Source: an uncultured Verrucomicrobiae bacterium
GTDB taxonomy: Bacteria > Verrucomicrobiota > Verrucomicrobiia > Opitutales > Opitutaceae
NCBI GenBank assembly: GCA_963804395.1
Contig: CAWDQK010000002.1
Location: forward strand, 1,169 to 65,168
Length of the DNA: 64,000 nt
Direction: 5' to 3'
Shown here: in pieces, positions 19,231 to 31,447 of the stretch
How positions within the stretch are numbered: position 1 is the stretch's first letter
Layout: the number at the start of each line of letters is the position of its first letter
Notes under the pieces: model-generated
Told to the model about the DNA's origin: nothing
Database searches by the model: none
What the model saw: the letters and a program-made list of their open reading frames with translations, nothing else
Position numbers and translations under genes: made by a program

Positions 19231-20001
19231 TCAACCAGCAAGTCCGGCGGGGATCGGTCCGGGCAGGCCGCGTTTGATGGCGGCAACCAGGATGGCCTCG
19301 GTCGCGGTGGCGCCGACGCGAGTCACGCCCAAAGCGCGCACCCGCAGCAGATCATCGAGGGTCCGCACGCCGCCGGCCGCCTTGATCTGCACGCCCGGGC
19401 CGCTGTGTTGCCGCATCAGCTTCAGATGTGCGTCCGTGGCGCCCTTGTAGTTGTAGTCACCGTTGGCCTGCTTCACGAAGCCATAGCCGGTGGACGTCTT
19501 CACAAAGGCGACCCGGTGTTCGGTGCAGATCTCGCATAGCCGCACGATGTGTCCATCCTGCAGGTAATCGGTCTCGAAGATCACCTTGAGAATCGCCCCC
19601 CTGGCCACGCAGGCGTCATTGATGGTTCTCAGTTCGTCAGACACATAGGCCCAGTCACCGCCGAGGACCTTGCCGATATTGACCACGACATCGATCTCGG
19701 AGGCGCCTTCGGCGATGGCTCCTTCGGCTTCTGCAACCTTGATGGCAACATGACTGTTGCCGTGGGGAAAGCCGGTTACGGCGCAGACCCCGACACCGGA
19801 ACCGGCCAGTGCGGACGCTGAATGCGGCACGGCGTAGGGCTTGACGCAGGCGGTGGCGCAACCGCATCGGCGCGCGATGGCCAGACCGGCCGCGAGTTGC
19901 ACATCGGTGAATGTCGGATGGAGCAGGGAATGGTCGATCATCCGTGCAAGCTCGGCGATGGAAGGGAGACCGGATGCTGACGGGAGGATGGCGGGATTCA
20001 T
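19231..20001 (-). CDS. deoC: deoxyribose-phosphate aldolase
   Basis: 256 aa. IDHSLLHPTFT, Schiff-base lysine region FVKTSTG, IKAAGGVRT. Confidence 0.9.
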   Translation of the reverse strand: MNPAILPSASGLPSIAELARMIDHSLLHPTFTDVQLAAGLAIARRCGCATACVKPYAVPHSASALAGSGVGVCAVTGFPHGNSHVAIKVAEAEGAIAEGASEIDVVVNIGKVLGGDWAYVSDELRTINDACVARGAILKVIFETDYLQDGHIVRLCEICTEHRVAFVKTSTGYGFVKQANGDYNYKGATDAHLKLMRQHSGPGVQIKAAGGVRTLDDLLRVRALGVTRVGATATEAILVAAIKRGLPGPIPAGLAG

Positions 20002-20127
20002 AGGTGGTAAATGGCGATGGGGCGCTGGACCTCGTTAGGTCCGATTCATTTCATAGGAAACCACGAATGAACACGAATGGACACGGATTCCGGCAACTGT
20101 CCATTCGGGTGGATTCGTGGGCAAAGG

Positions 20128-21231
20128 CTAGTGCGTTGCAGGCCGGCCGGCCAGGTGTTCATCCATCCACGCCAGAGTCTTCGCCCACATTTCCGGCGTG
20201 TAGACGTGTCCGAGGCCCGGGTAGACGATGCTTTGGAATGCGTTCTCCTGTCCGTAGAGTTGGTAGACGGGACGGACAGCCGACTCGACGAGGCGGATGC
20301 CGTGAACGGGCGAGCCCGCGTCCCGATCGCCGGTTTGAAACAGGATCGGCCGCGGCGCGATCAGTGAGATGACCGCCTCGCTGTCGAAGTGATTCAACAT
20401 GCCGGGAACGAAGTAGCCAATGTCGTGCTCATGGATGCTACCGTGCTCGATGAGATTCCGGTAGCGCGTCAGGCAGGCGATGGCGACACCGGTCTTCAGT
20501 CGCTCGTCCAGCGCCATCAGCCACCAGGTGCGTGTTGAGCCCATGCTCATGCCCGTCACGCCCAGGCGGTCCGGGTCGACCTCCGGACGGGACGCCAGAT
20601 AATCCAACGCCATCAGGTCATCGCGCAGCAACATGCCCCAGAACGAGCGGCCCGCCCAGAGATTGAATTTGCTGGCGGTCTCCTCCGCGGTGTAGTCGCG
20701 CTCGGCGGGGCCGTCCGGTCCCTGGCCGTTGCGCTCGCCAAAGCCGCTGGCGTCGATCGCGAGGACCGCGTATCCGCGCGCCGCGAGCGCCGGTCCGGGG
20801 GCCTCCGGCGTGTGCTTGGATTGAAAGAGCTCCTCCTTGCCGAGATCGTATTCGCCGGCGTGCCAGTGGCAGTAGAGGATTCCGGGCAGCTTTCCAGCGG
20901 CGCGCGTTGGGAGAAGGAGATAGCCGGGCACAATGGCGCCCGCGCCGTTGTCGAAGGTAAACTTCTCGACCACGTAGCCGGCCCGGGTTTCCCGCGACCA
21001 GGTCTGCACGGCCGGAGTGCGTGGGCGCGGGGGCAGCCTGCCCAGAAGCTGCAGGAGTTGGGCGCGGATCTTCCTGCGCTCGAGTATCCATGCCTCCTGC
21101 GATGCCGGCGCGGCGAACGGCGGAGCCAGCTCAGCTCCGGCCAGCCATCGTTCGGCGGCAGATTGTTCGCCTTCAGCTGTCACAGTTGCTGCGCAGATCA
21201 TTGCGAGGAGGCAGGCGAGCGGGGTCTTCAT
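20128..21231 (-). CDS. secreted alpha/beta-hydrolase (dienelactone hydrolase/acetylxylan esterase-like)
   Basis: Start at the internal Met (MKTPLACLLAMICAATVTA signal peptide). Nucleophile elbow GVTGMSMGS. The upstream part of ORF 20128-21783 is unsupported. Confidence 0.75.
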   Translation of the reverse strand: MKTPLACLLAMICAATVTAEGEQSAAERWLAGAELAPPFAAPASQEAWILERRKIRAQLLQLLGRLPPRPRTPAVQTWSRETRAGYVVEKFTFDNGAGAIVPGYLLLPTRAAGKLPGILYCHWHAGEYDLGKEELFQSKHTPEAPGPALAARGYAVLAIDASGFGERNGQGPDGPAERDYTAEETASKFNLWAGRSFWGMLLRDDLMALDYLASRPEVDPDRLGVTGMSMGSTRTWWLMALDERLKTGVAIACLTRYRNLIEHGSIHEHDIGYFVPGMLNHFDSEAVISLIAPRPILFQTGDRDAGSPVHGIRLVESAVRPVYQLYGQENAFQSIVYPGLGHVYTPEMWAKTLAWMDEHLAGRPATH

Positions 21232-21970
21232 GGGCGCCGGTGTGCACGGATTGAAGGAAACGGCTGCAGTGAAACGAAAAATGAATCTGAATTCCGCAGT
21301 TGCGGCTCGATCGACCCGCTCACGCTCGCGGCTAGAAGGAGCAGAAGCTGCAACTGCGGAATCCACATGAAAGCAGATGCCCGATGGTGGACGCGGCCAT
21401 GATTGCCGTTCGCGAATTGCTGTCAACGCAGGGGCAACCGCGGCGGCACAACCCGGCCAATCTTGGCCCACGAATGGCCCCGAATGCAAAACCAGCCGCC
21501 GGCATTTGAGACGCGAGCGCGCATGAATATTTGCGCTTCCACGTGATTCCCCCGGCAATGCCGCGGGATTCACAACCCTATCAAGCGCACTGCCAAGAAA
21601 GGATTCAGTCATGCGATTCGTGATGTTCGCCAAAGCTCCGCACCAGGAATTCAACGCCGCCACCAAGGACGGCACCCGAAGATGAATCGACCTTCGGTTG
21701 CGGAGGAACCGCGCCAGGCTTTTTTCGTCAAGTTTTGTGAAGCCACCCGAATTTCTCACGGATTTTTTACAGCCAGAAGACACAGGGAATTAAGGCCGGG
21801 GGGCGGAAGGGAAGTCCATCAGATTCCCCTCGATAAGATTCGTGGCAGCATGGCGTCCCGGCAAGGCATCCAGCACGGATTACAGGGTTCAACCGGATGT
21901 CTGGGATGCGTGCGGCCCTCGGTGGGATTCGTTTCTTGCGTCTGCGCAAATCGGCTGCAGTCTGGTCGTG

Positions 21971-24900
21971 ATGCTTTTCAGACAGCATCCGCCGTTGCCC
22001 GGCCGCGTGGCATGCGGGCGATGTCTTTCGCGGGCAGTCGCCTTGGCCGTGGTTGCGGTGGCGCTGGCGTTTATCGTCGGCAGTCTGCCTGCGCAGGAAT
22101 CGACTCCAGGAGTGACGCGTTTTGTGGCGCCGGGTGTGCTGACAAGCTTCGAGCAAATCTGGCAACTTTCCGATGCCGAGAAACGACAGTGGCACCGCGT
22201 GCGACTGGAATGCATCGTCTACTACTACGATTCCTCGTGGAATGCCTTGTGGGGCCGGTGCGGCGGGACAGACGGCTATCTGTCGCCCGGCCACCAGGTT
22301 TTTCCAATCGAGCCAGGACAGCTCGTCCTTCTCGAAGGCCTGATGCAGCCTTCAATGGGCATGACCGTCGAAGAACCCAAGATGACAGTGCTGGCTGCGT
22401 CCGTTCCGCTGGAGCCTCTCGGCACACAAGGGCACGTGGGCGAAACGGATCGCTTCAACAAACGCCTGGTCACTGTCGAAGGCAACGTGGACCGGCAAGT
22501 CAGTCGCGACGCCAATCATCAGGATATCGACCTCATGGCGGAAGGCCACATGATCAGTGTCCGGTTGCTGTTGAAAGGTGGCGAGCCCGTGCCGCAATGG
22601 CAGGGCTCGACGGTGCGCGCCAAAGGAGTTTACTTCCTGCGCGAGGCCCAGGACGGCAGCGCCCCGAGGATCGAACTCTGGGTGCAGCGGACGGAAGATG
22701 TGGAGGTTCTCACATCGTTGAGCCGGGACGCCCGGTTTACCATGCCGCCGACGCCGGTCGGAAAGATCGCGGGGCTGCCGGCCGGAACACTCGTGCGGGT
22801 GGTGGGCACGGTGACCGCGCAGGAGCCCGGCAAATCGCTGGAAGTTCGGGATGATACCGGCGCGGTCGAGGTGCGGACGCTTCAGGGGCGGCCCGTGCAG
22901 GTGGGCGAGGCGGTCGAGGCGATCGGCTATCCGGCCCGGGAGGGTGGCGCGCTGGTTCTGCAGCAGGGTATTTTTCGAACCGCCGAGTCAGTCGTCGCCA
23001 GTTTCTCCCAGTTCTGGCAGTTGCCCGAAGTGGAACGGCGCATTCGACACCAGGTGCGCATGGAGGTCCTGGTATATTATTACGATCCGGGGTGGCAGAA
23101 TGCGTGGGGGCGTTCGGGGGGAATCGACGATTACTTCTCGCTCGGAAACGCTGCCCTCGGCCTCCATCCGGGCCAGCGTGTCCTGGTGCAAGGTTCGGTG
23201 CTTTCGCCCGAGGGGCTCACGATTGACGATCCCAAGGTGACGGTGCTGGCGGAGGACGAGCCGATCGAGGTGTTGGCGACGAAGGGCCGGATTGGCGACA
23301 CCGAACATTTGAACAAACACATGGTCCAGGTCGAGGGCTACCTCGACCGGCAGGGACCACCGGATGAACGGCACGTCAAGCTTGACCTCGTCGTGGAAGG
23401 CCGTCCCGTGACCGGCCGCCTGTTGCTCAAGGAAGGAACGCAGGCGCCCGAAATGGAGGGATCGTTGGTGCGCCTCAAGGGAGTCTATAGCGCAACACCG
23501 AATCCCACCACGACGGTTCCGACCATCGAGATCTGGGTGCAGGGGCTGGAAAACCTGGAGCTGCTGGGGTTGGTTGGACAAAGACGAGCGGTTCAACCGG
23601 GCCGTCACCCCGATGGAACGGCTCTCGACGGTCCGGCCGGAATCGTTGGTGCGGGTGGCCGGAATCGTGCGCGCGCAAGAGGCGGGCCAATCAGTGACGC
23701 TCCGCGACGACACGGGGCAGGTGGTCGTGCAGACGGCCCAGACCGCTCCGCTGCAGATCGGGGAACCGATCGAGGCCATCGGACTGGCGATGCCCAAGGG
23801 CGCCGACTGGATCCTGCGGGAAGGCCTCTACCGCCGCAGCGCGACCGGCCCGCTGGCGCCCGCAGTCGGAGCATCGACGGTGCGGCTGGCCGAGCAGTTG
23901 TTGGAGCTCTCACCGGAGGAAGCCGCGCGGAGGCACCCGGTGCAGCTGGCGGGTGTGATCACCTGGGCCAATGAGAACGCGAGCTTCTTCTATTTGCAGG
24001 ACGGGAGCGGCGGTGCCTGCGTGACACGGCCCGCTGACCTGACCGGGCGGCTGCTGGTGGGTGCGCGCGCAGCCGTGAGCGGAGTTTCCACGGAGGGCCG
24101 GTTCACGCCGGAGGTGCTGGCGATTAACGTGCTGCCGTCTGCGGAGGTGGCGCTGCCCGAGGCAAAGGTCGTAACGCTCGAACAGGCACTCACCGGCATC
24201 GAGGAAGGGCGATGGGTGAGCATGACCGGCTATGTGCGCGAGGTGGCTCCCGAGGGCCCGTGGATGCGGCTCGGTTTGACAACGGCGGCCGGGGAGTTTG
24301 TCGCGCTGGTGCCACCGGACAGCAGTCTGCTGAAGCTGCAGGGGTCGGTCGTGCGGGCGCGCGGTGTCTGCAGCGCGGTGGCCAACAGCCGGCACGAGCT
24401 GGTCGGCATTCGGTTGTGGGTGCCGGGGACCTTGTATCTCGAAGTCCAGGAGGGCGTGCCGGGCGACTTGTTTGCAGTGCCAAAGCGCACGATTGCGAGT
24501 CTGCGGCAATTCAGCTCACAACAGGCGTTGAATCATCGGGTGTGCGTCTCGGGAACGGTTGTGCACCAGACGGTCGGCCGCCTGGTGCACATTCAGGAGG
24601 GCAACGAGGGCCTGCTGGTGCTGAGCCGCGACACGGTCACGCCGCTGGCGGCCGGCGATCGCATCGAGGCGGTTGGATTTCCCGGCATTGAGAACAATCG
24701 GCTGGTTTTGCGGGAGGCAATCTATCGGCGGACCGCCACCGGACCGGAACCGGCGCCGCTGCTGCTCGGTCCGCGCATCCCGGTCAACGCCGAAATCGAT
24801 GGGCGCCTGGTGCAGATGGAGGGAACTGTCCTCGATGTCGGAGCGCAGGAGGACCACGTGAGGCTGATTCTGCGGACGGACACGCTGATCCTGGAGGCGA

Positions 24901-26377
24901 TGCTCGACGCGCGCCCGGCCGCGCTGCCGGCTGGTCTGGCGCCCGGCAGCCAGGCGGCATTGACCGGCGTCTACGAGATCCAGTCGGACGAATACCGGCG
25001 GCCGGAGACGGTCCGGTTGCAACTGCGAACGGGCGGCGATGTCCGCCTGATTAAGAATGCGCCCTGGCTGACGGGCTGGCGGGTTGTTGCGCTTATTGGC
25101 GTGCTGGCGGCGAGTCTGGTCCTTGGAAGTGCCTGGGTGTTTGTGTTGCGCCGCCGGGTGGAGAAACAGACCGACCAGATTCGGGAGCAATTGGAAAAGG
25201 AAAAGGCGGCGCGCCTCGAGACCGACCTCCTGCGCACCTCCAAGCTTGAGTCGCTCGGTGTGCTGGCCGGTGGCATCGCGCACGATTTCAACAACATGCT
25301 CACCGCGGTGATGGGCAATATCTCGCTCGCCAAGCTCGACCGACAGTGCGAGCCGGAGACCCTCCAACACCTGGAGGAGAGCGAGCGCGCGGTGCTTCGG
25401 GCCCGCGAGCTGACCCAGCAGTTGCTCACGTTTGCCCGGGGTGGAGCGCCGGTTCGAACCGTCACCGCGTTGCCGGAGATTGTGATGGAGGCGTCCCGGT
25501 TCGCGCTGCATGGATCCAAGGTCAGCTGCGAATTCAACATCGCGGACGACCTCTGGCTGGCGGATGTCAACAAGGGCCAGATTGCGCAGGTCGTCCACAA
25601 TATCATCATCAATGCCGACCATGCGATGCCCCAGGGCGGCGTTATCCGCATCACCTTGCGCAACGACCGGGTGGGCTCCGAGCGTCGCAGCGGGCTTGCG
25701 GCCGGCTGCTACCTCAAGCTGAGTGTTGCCGACACCGGAAAGGGCATCAGTCCTGAGAACCTTCCCGGATCTTTGAACCATACTTTACCACCAAGGGCAC
25801 GGGCAGCGGGCTCGGCCTGACGACCGTTTTCTCAATTGTTTCCCGGCATCAGGGGCATGTCGAAGTGGAATCCAGGGTCGGTAGCGGCACGACCTTCCAT
25901 ATCTGGCTACCGGCGCGCGAAGGGATGCTCGAATCTTCGCTTCCGGTGAAGTCTTTGGGAACCGCCGTACCCGGAGCGCGGCAGCGGAAAGGCCGGATTC
26001 TGTTCATGGACGACGAGGCGGCGATCCGGCAGATGGCTGTCGCCACGCTTCGACGCATGGGGCACGAGGTCACGGCGGTGGACGATGGTTCGGCGGCCGT
26101 CATCGAGTATTCCGCCGCGCACGAGGCCGGCCGGGGTTATGACGTGGTGATCCTCGACCTGACGGTGCCCGGCGGGATGGGCGGCGCCAAGGCGATGGAG
26201 AAGCTCCGGCAGATGGATCCGGAGGTTCGCGCGATTGTGTCGAGCGGGTACTCGAACGATCCGGTGCTGGCCAACTACCGCAGCCACGGGTTCCGTGCGA
26301 TCGTGCCCAAGCCATACGAGATCGGGGTGCTGACCGACGCGATCGATGCCCTGTTGCGCGAAGGCAGAGAACTGTAG
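21971..26377 (+). CDS. hybrid sensor histidine kinase/response regulator with large repetitive periplasmic region; two frame switches (near 23567 and 25765)
   Basis: Frames 2, 3 and 2 joined. Two ~190-aa tandem modules ([36 protein letters not shown] vs [36 protein letters not shown]), about six ~70-aa beta-rich units ending ..[29 protein letters not shown], His[13 protein letters not shown], HATPase [29 protein letters not shown], receiver [21 protein letters not shown]. Frame switches sit at gggg and ccc runs. Confidence 0.8.
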
Positions 26378-26750
26378 CCGGAGGCGGCTGCCCTGAGACT
26401 GATCCCGCGGGCCTTCGCCCGCCACCGGGCATCGCTGACAGCGGCGGCAAAGCGAGGATCGTTGGCATCCACGCAACCCAGTTGAGCCAGATGTATCTCG
26501 GGGCTGTTGATGACCGGTGGCTCGCTGACCTCGTCTGTGTCCGGCTGGGGTTCCGGAAGCCGGCTGAGCGACTCACCGGTCGCCATACGTCGGGGCGATA
26601 AGAGGAAATTCCCGGACCCTGTGCGAGCCAATTGCGGTTGAAGCGGATCGGCCTTGAACTGCAGATGACGCCAGTGACAAAATTTGGAACAACCTCCCTC
26701 CGCATCAGGGAAGGCGAAAGTCCTCCAGCCGCCAGGGACTGCCGGGCGTT

Positions 26751-27116
26751 TTATGCAGCGGCCGGGATGACCGAGAGCCCGGGGTTGAGCACTTCTGATC
26801 CGAGATGTGCGATGGTGCCATCCTCGATCAGGACCGTCATGTGGAGCGTGATGGCGCCCGGTCGGCCGTCGAAGAGGAATGGCCCGTTGTATTCTCCGAT
26901 TTCGACTACTCTGATGTGGTTAGGGTCGGTCCATTGTGCCAGATCGACAAGACCGCCGGCCTGGGGCTTGTCCGGGTGTGTGGTCCTGGCAGTTTCCGCG
27001 TCTGGCGCGGCCATGATGGCGGAGAGAATCCTGGCCTGGGATCCGTCCTTGTGAAACTGCCTGACGAATCGGGCGAGGTGTTCGACTTTGGTATTGATGA
27101 GGAGAAAGAGTTTCAT
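26751..27116 (-). CDS. hypothetical protein, 121 aa
   Basis: Compact ORF with no recognised domain. Confidence 0.35.
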   Translation of the reverse strand: MKLFLLINTKVEHLARFVRQFHKDGSQARILSAIMAAPDAETARTTHPDKPQAGGLVDLAQWTDPNHIRVVEIGEYNGPFLFDGRPGAITLHMTVLIEDGTIAHLGSEVLNPGLSVIPAAA

Positions 27117-27563
27117 GGGGAGTTGGACCCGGCCGACAGCGTTCCTGGCGCCAACTGACTGCGAAGGCGGGCGCGGGAGGTTTCGACCGGCGTCCGGTCA
27201 AGGTTTCGAGCGGAATCCACCAAAAAGAAAGATGACAAGGCAGATCAACAGGATCAGGCCAAGCCCTCCGCCACCGACATAGGGCCCGCCGAAATAGAAA
27301 CCGCCGCCGCCGAAACAGCAGAAGAAAAAGGAGCAGGATGACCAGTAGGTTCATGACTGCAAGATAGCACCCCGCAGCCACGGTTCCTATGGGGCCTTCG
27401 CCCCGCGACTGAAGCATCTGCGAGCCCGTGTCGGGGGCAGGGCGCGATGGAGCCGTTCGCGGCCAACCTCATGCCGGGGAACGACGCGCCCATCCACGTT
27501 CGCCAAGGCTCCGGGTCGCGAGCACGGTCGAGGGGGAGCACCGCACTACGAACGCGGCACTGG

Positions 27564-28489
27564 CTAATCCAGCGTGACGCCTTTGGACTCGGCGGAGCGG
27601 CGCAGGGCGGCAGCCATGTCGGAGGGCGTGGCGGCAACCTCGACGCCGCACTCCTGGAAGATGGCGATCTTCGCGGCGGCGGTGTCCTCCTTGCCCCCGA
27701 TGACGGCACCGGCGTGGCCCATGCGGCGTCCTTTGGGGGCCGTGGCCCCGGCGATGAACCCGGCGACGGGCTTCTTGCAGTTCTCCTTGATCCAGCGCGC
27801 GGCCTCGACCTCGGCGGTACCGCCGATTTCGCCGATCATGATGATGCCCTTGGTGTCCGGATCATCGTTGAACAACTTGATGACGTCCAGGTGCGAGGTG
27901 CCGTTGACCGGATCGCCGCCGATCCCGACGCATGGTGCTCTGGCCCAGGCCCATGCACGTGACCTGCCAGACGGCCTCATACGTGAGGGTGCCGGAGCGC
28001 GAAACGATGCCGACGTGGCCCTTCTTGTGAATGTAGCCCGGGGCGATGCCGATGCGGCAGCCGCCGGAGGAATCGGGACCGCTGCCGGGGGTAACAACTC
28101 CGGGGCAGTTGGGCCCGATGAGGCGCGTCTTCCGGCCGGCCATCGCCCGTTTCACGCGCACCATGTCGCGTACCGGAATGCCCTCGGTGATGGCGACGAC
28201 GAGATCGAGGCCGGCATCCGACGCATTCGAGGATCGCATCGGCGGCAAAGGGCGGGGGGACGAAGATCGCTGATACGGTGGCGCCGGTCGCGGCGACCGC
28301 GTCGGCGACGGAGTTGAAGATCGGAATCCTGTGTTGCTTGTACTCGAAGAACTGGCCGCCCTTGCCCGGGGTGACGCCGGCGACGACTTGCGTGCCGTAG
28401 TCGAGCGAGAGTTGGGCATGGCGGGCGCCGAACGCGCCGGTGATGCCCTGGATGAGGATCTTCGTTTCAGGAGTAATGAGAATGGACAT
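27564..28489 (-). CDS. sucD: succinyl-CoA ligase alpha subunit, split over three frames (frame switches near 28245 and 27931)
   Basis: N-terminal [34 protein letters not shown], middle [34 protein letters not shown]-terminal [29 protein letters not shown]. Each junction is restored by removing one nucleotide. Confidence 0.8.
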
Positions 28490-28640
28490 GGAAGAAAGTG
28501 AAAGTGAGGGGGATGGTGAAATCAGCAGGTCGGAGGCGGGCGCCAGCGGGAAGTCAGTGACGGGATGCGGATAGTGAGCGCCAAACTGCGCTGGCAGGTG
28601 GTGAGTGTAGGGGACGGATCATGCGTCGCAGAAAGAAACC

Positions 28641-29009
28641 TCAGGAGGCGCTCTTGCGTTGGTGGAGATTGATCTGGTTGCCGTCGGGATCCTTGATGGC
28701 GAACATCCGGCAGGGCGGGAACTCCATCACATCGAAGGCCAGCGCAACCTGCGCCGCGCGGACGGCGGCGAGCGCCGCGTCAAGATTGGCGACTTCAAGC
28801 GTGAGGCTCGATGCCGGCGTGCCGGGCACCGCATTGGAGATGGCGAGCGCGACGCCCGCCACATCGAATTCGATCCACCATTGGCCGGGGGCGAATTCCA
28901 CCTGCAGGCCAATCTTGAGACCGAGCAACCCCTCATAGAACTTGCAGGCGCGGGTGACATCGGTGACCGGATGAAAAACGAAAGCGACCTCTTTGATTTG
29001 GATGCTCAT
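28641..29009 (-). CDS. VOC/glyoxalase-family protein
   Basis: 122 aa with paired beta-alpha-beta-beta-beta modules typical of glyoxalase I/bleomycin-resistance fold proteins. Confidence 0.6.
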   Translation of the reverse strand: MSIQIKEVAFVFHPVTDVTRACKFYEGLLGLKIGLQVEFAPGQWWIEFDVAGVALAISNAVPGTPASSLTLEVANLDAALAAVRAAQVALAFDVMEFPPCRMFAIKDPDGNQINLHQRKSAS

Positions 29010-29070
29010 GCGGACTTAAAGTGAGGGTGAAAGTGAAGGTGAAAGTGAGAGTGGCAGTCAGGGTGGTGCG

Positions 29071-30264
29071 TCAGGCGACGAGGCAGACGATCTTCTGCGC
29101 AGCGTCGGCCATGCTGTCGCCGCTGACGAGTTTCAGCCCGCTGGCGGCCAGGGTCTGCTTGCCGGCGACCACGTTGTTGCCTTCGAGGCGGACGACCAGG
29201 GGCAGCTGAAGGCCCACTTCCTTCACCGCCTCGACAATGCCGGCTGCGATGACGTTGCAGTCCATGATGCCGCCGAAAATGTTGACGAAGATGCCCTTCA
29301 CCTTCGGGTCGGTAAGGATGATCTTGAAGGCCGCCACGACCTGCTCCTTGGTGGCGCCGCCGCCAACATCGAGGAAGTTCGCCGGATTGCCTCCGAAATA
29401 TTTGATGATATCCATCGTGCTCATGGCCAGGCCGGCACCGTTGACCAGGCAGGCGATGTTGCCGTCCAGCGCGATGTAATTGAGGTTGTGCTTCGAGGCC
29501 TCGGTTTCCTTCGGATCCTCCTCGTTCAGGTCGCGGAGGGCGACGATCTCCGGGTGGCGGAAGAGCGCGTTGTCATCGAAGGATATCTTGGCGTCGAGCG
29601 CCTGCACCTGGTCGTCCGGCGTCGTGATCAGCGGGTTGATCTCGACCATGGAGGCGTCGGTCTCCCAGAACACGTTGTAGAGGTTTCGGATGAGCTTGGC
29701 GGCGTTCTTCTGCTCAGCCGGGTTGAGGCGCAGGCCGAAGAGGAGCTGCCGCACCTGAAAATCGGCGAGACCGATGGCCGGGTCGATGAAGACTTTGACG
29801 ATCTTCTCCGGCGTCTCCCGGGCGACTTTTTCGATCTCCACGCCGCCCTCGGTCGAGGCGACGATCACCGGTCGCGAACTGGCCCGATCAAGCAGGATGG
29901 CGAGATAGTATTCCTTCTTGATGCCGCTGGCCTGCGTGAAATAGATCGTCTGCACCTTGCGGCCGGCCGGCCCGGTTTGCGCGGTGACCAGCGTGTTGCC
30001 GAACATCTTCCGGGCGTAATCAAGGGCTTCGGCTTTGGACTTGGCGATCTTCACCCCGCCCTGGAAGCCGTCGACGAAGGTGCCCTTGCCGCGGCCCCCG
30101 GCATGTATCTGGGACTTCACGACAACCAGTCCCTCCGGGAACTGGGCGAGCGCCGGTTCGAAATCGGCAGCGGAACGGGCCGCCACCCCTTTGGGCACGG
30201 CGACACCGTATTTCTCGAGCAAAGCCTTGGCCTGGAATTCGTGAATGTTCATCGGTTGCCCCAT
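29071..30264 (-). CDS. sucC: succinyl-CoA ligase (ADP-forming) beta subunit
   Basis: ATP-grasp N-terminus [30 protein letters not shown]-terminal CoA-ligase domain. Sits immediately upstream of sucD. Confidence 0.9.
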   Translation of the reverse strand: MGQPMNIHEFQAKALLEKYGVAVPKGVAARSAADFEPALAQFPEGLVVVKSQIHAGGRGKGTFVDGFQGGVKIAKSKAEALDYARKMFGNTLVTAQTGPAGRKVQTIYFTQASGIKKEYYLAILLDRASSRPVIVASTEGGVEIEKVARETPEKIVKVFIDPAIGLADFQVRQLLFGLRLNPAEQKNAAKLIRNLYNVFWETDASMVEINPLITTPDDQVQALDAKISFDDNALFRHPEIVALRDLNEEDPKETEASKHNLNYIALDGNIACLVNGAGLAMSTMDIIKYFGGNPANFLDVGGGATKEQVVAAFKIILTDPKVKGIFVNIFGGIMDCNVIAAGIVEAVKEVGLQLPLVVRLEGNNVVAGKQTLAASGLKLVSGDSMADAAQKIVCLVA

Positions 30265-30513
30265 CTTCTCACGAAAACGCCGCCCAACGCAAAAAAAAAG
30301 ACCACGGGGGAAACCTTCCCGAGGGCGCCACAGGGAAACTGCCGCCGGGGGCGCACTCCGTCGCCAAGGCTTCGGAGCGCAGGCTGACCCCGGCAGGTCG
30401 TTTCGATATCCGGGCCGGCCTCAACCCGGCCGGCAACAGCGTAACCAGCGCCGCCCTCCAGCCGAATTGGCTGACACGGCGGCCCGCCAGACCACAGGGG
30501 CTGGCAGGCTCCT

Positions 30514-31326
30514 CTATTTTCCCGGACCGCGCGGCGGAAGCTTGGGCGGCGGGGTGGCGAGCCTGGCAGCGTGCCCTGCGGCGATCTTTCCCTCGATCAC
30601 GCCCGTGATCTGCTCCGCCTTCTTCAGCCAGTCTCCAGCCGCCTTGATCGTCTCTCCGATCTTCGTCTCCGGCAATTTCAGCTCCTCCGTGGCGGTGTTG
30701 CCGATCTTCGCAAAGGCATCGAACGAATGGTCCGCCTTCTTGAACAGTTCGCCGACTTTGCCCGTGGTCACCGCTTCCAGTCCCTGATAGCCGTTGACGA
30801 CCCATTCGAGGCGCCCGGTATTGACGTCAATCAGGATTCCGTGCACCGGAATCCGCGGACCGATCAGCGGGCTCACCCGTACAAAGTTGACGCTTCGGAT
30901 CACGTTCTGGCGCTCGGTGCCGAACAACCCGAAGAACTCGACCAGGTTTTCCGGGAGATGCCCCCGGTCAACCCCCAGGGTCTGCAGCTGGTGCAGCAGG
31001 TTCATCGCGGTCGACTTGCCGACCAGGCAGTCGCTGTGGCCGATGACAGCGATTTCCCTGGCGCCCTTGATCGCGCACGCCAGCGAGAGCGACCGCATGG
31101 TGCTGCTCAGAGGTCCGGTAATGATGTTCCCGGCATTCCGCAGCCAGACGAACTTGTCCTCCGGCAGACCGAGCATGTCGGGCAGCAGGCGATTGAGTCG
31201 CGGATCGATGCAGGTCAGAGCCGCCACGGGCAGCGCGGCGTCGTACTCGGCCACCGGCAGGACGGCCGTCTTGTCGCCGGCCACCCGGCGCTGGTTGAAC
31301 TCGAAGATCGCTTCGAAAAGGCGCAT
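30514..31326 (-). CDS. beta-class carbonic anhydrase-like protein with ~90-aa C-terminal extension
   Basis: Zinc-ligand motifs CIDPRL (CxDxR) and GHSDC (HxxC). Confidence 0.6.
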   Translation of the reverse strand: MRLFEAIFEFNQRRVAGDKTAVLPVAEYDAALPVAALTCIDPRLNRLLPDMLGLPEDKFVWLRNAGNIITGPLSSTMRSLSLACAIKGAREIAVIGHSDCLVGKSTAMNLLHQLQTLGVDRGHLPENLVEFFGLFGTERQNVIRSVNFVRVSPLIGPRIPVHGILIDVNTGRLEWVVNGYQGLEAVTTGKVGELFKKADHSFDAFAKIGNTATEELKLPETKIGETIKAAGDWLKKAEQITGVIEGKIAAGHAARLATPPPKLPPRGPGK

Positions 31327-31447
31327 TGAAGAACGCGGTCAGAGGGATTGTTCGGTGACAGCCGTGTAGGAGCCTGCTAGCAGGCAATCGGGGGCATGCG
31401 AACGGCTCCCAGAATCGCCTGCAAGCAAGGCTCCTACGGCACGCTGG

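Noticed and set aside
26920-27417. 165-aa minus-strand ORF and a possible frameshifted micro-protein (MNLLVILLLFLLLF.. then GGGGFYFGGPYVGGGGLGLILLICLVIFLFGGFRSKP) at 27200-27353
   Set aside because: The long ORF is Arg/Pro-rich nonsense. The two-frame micro-protein is attractive (two TM-like stretches, Gly linker, switch at a cggcggcggcgg repeat), but it needs an indel at exactly that place and has no other support. Noted only.
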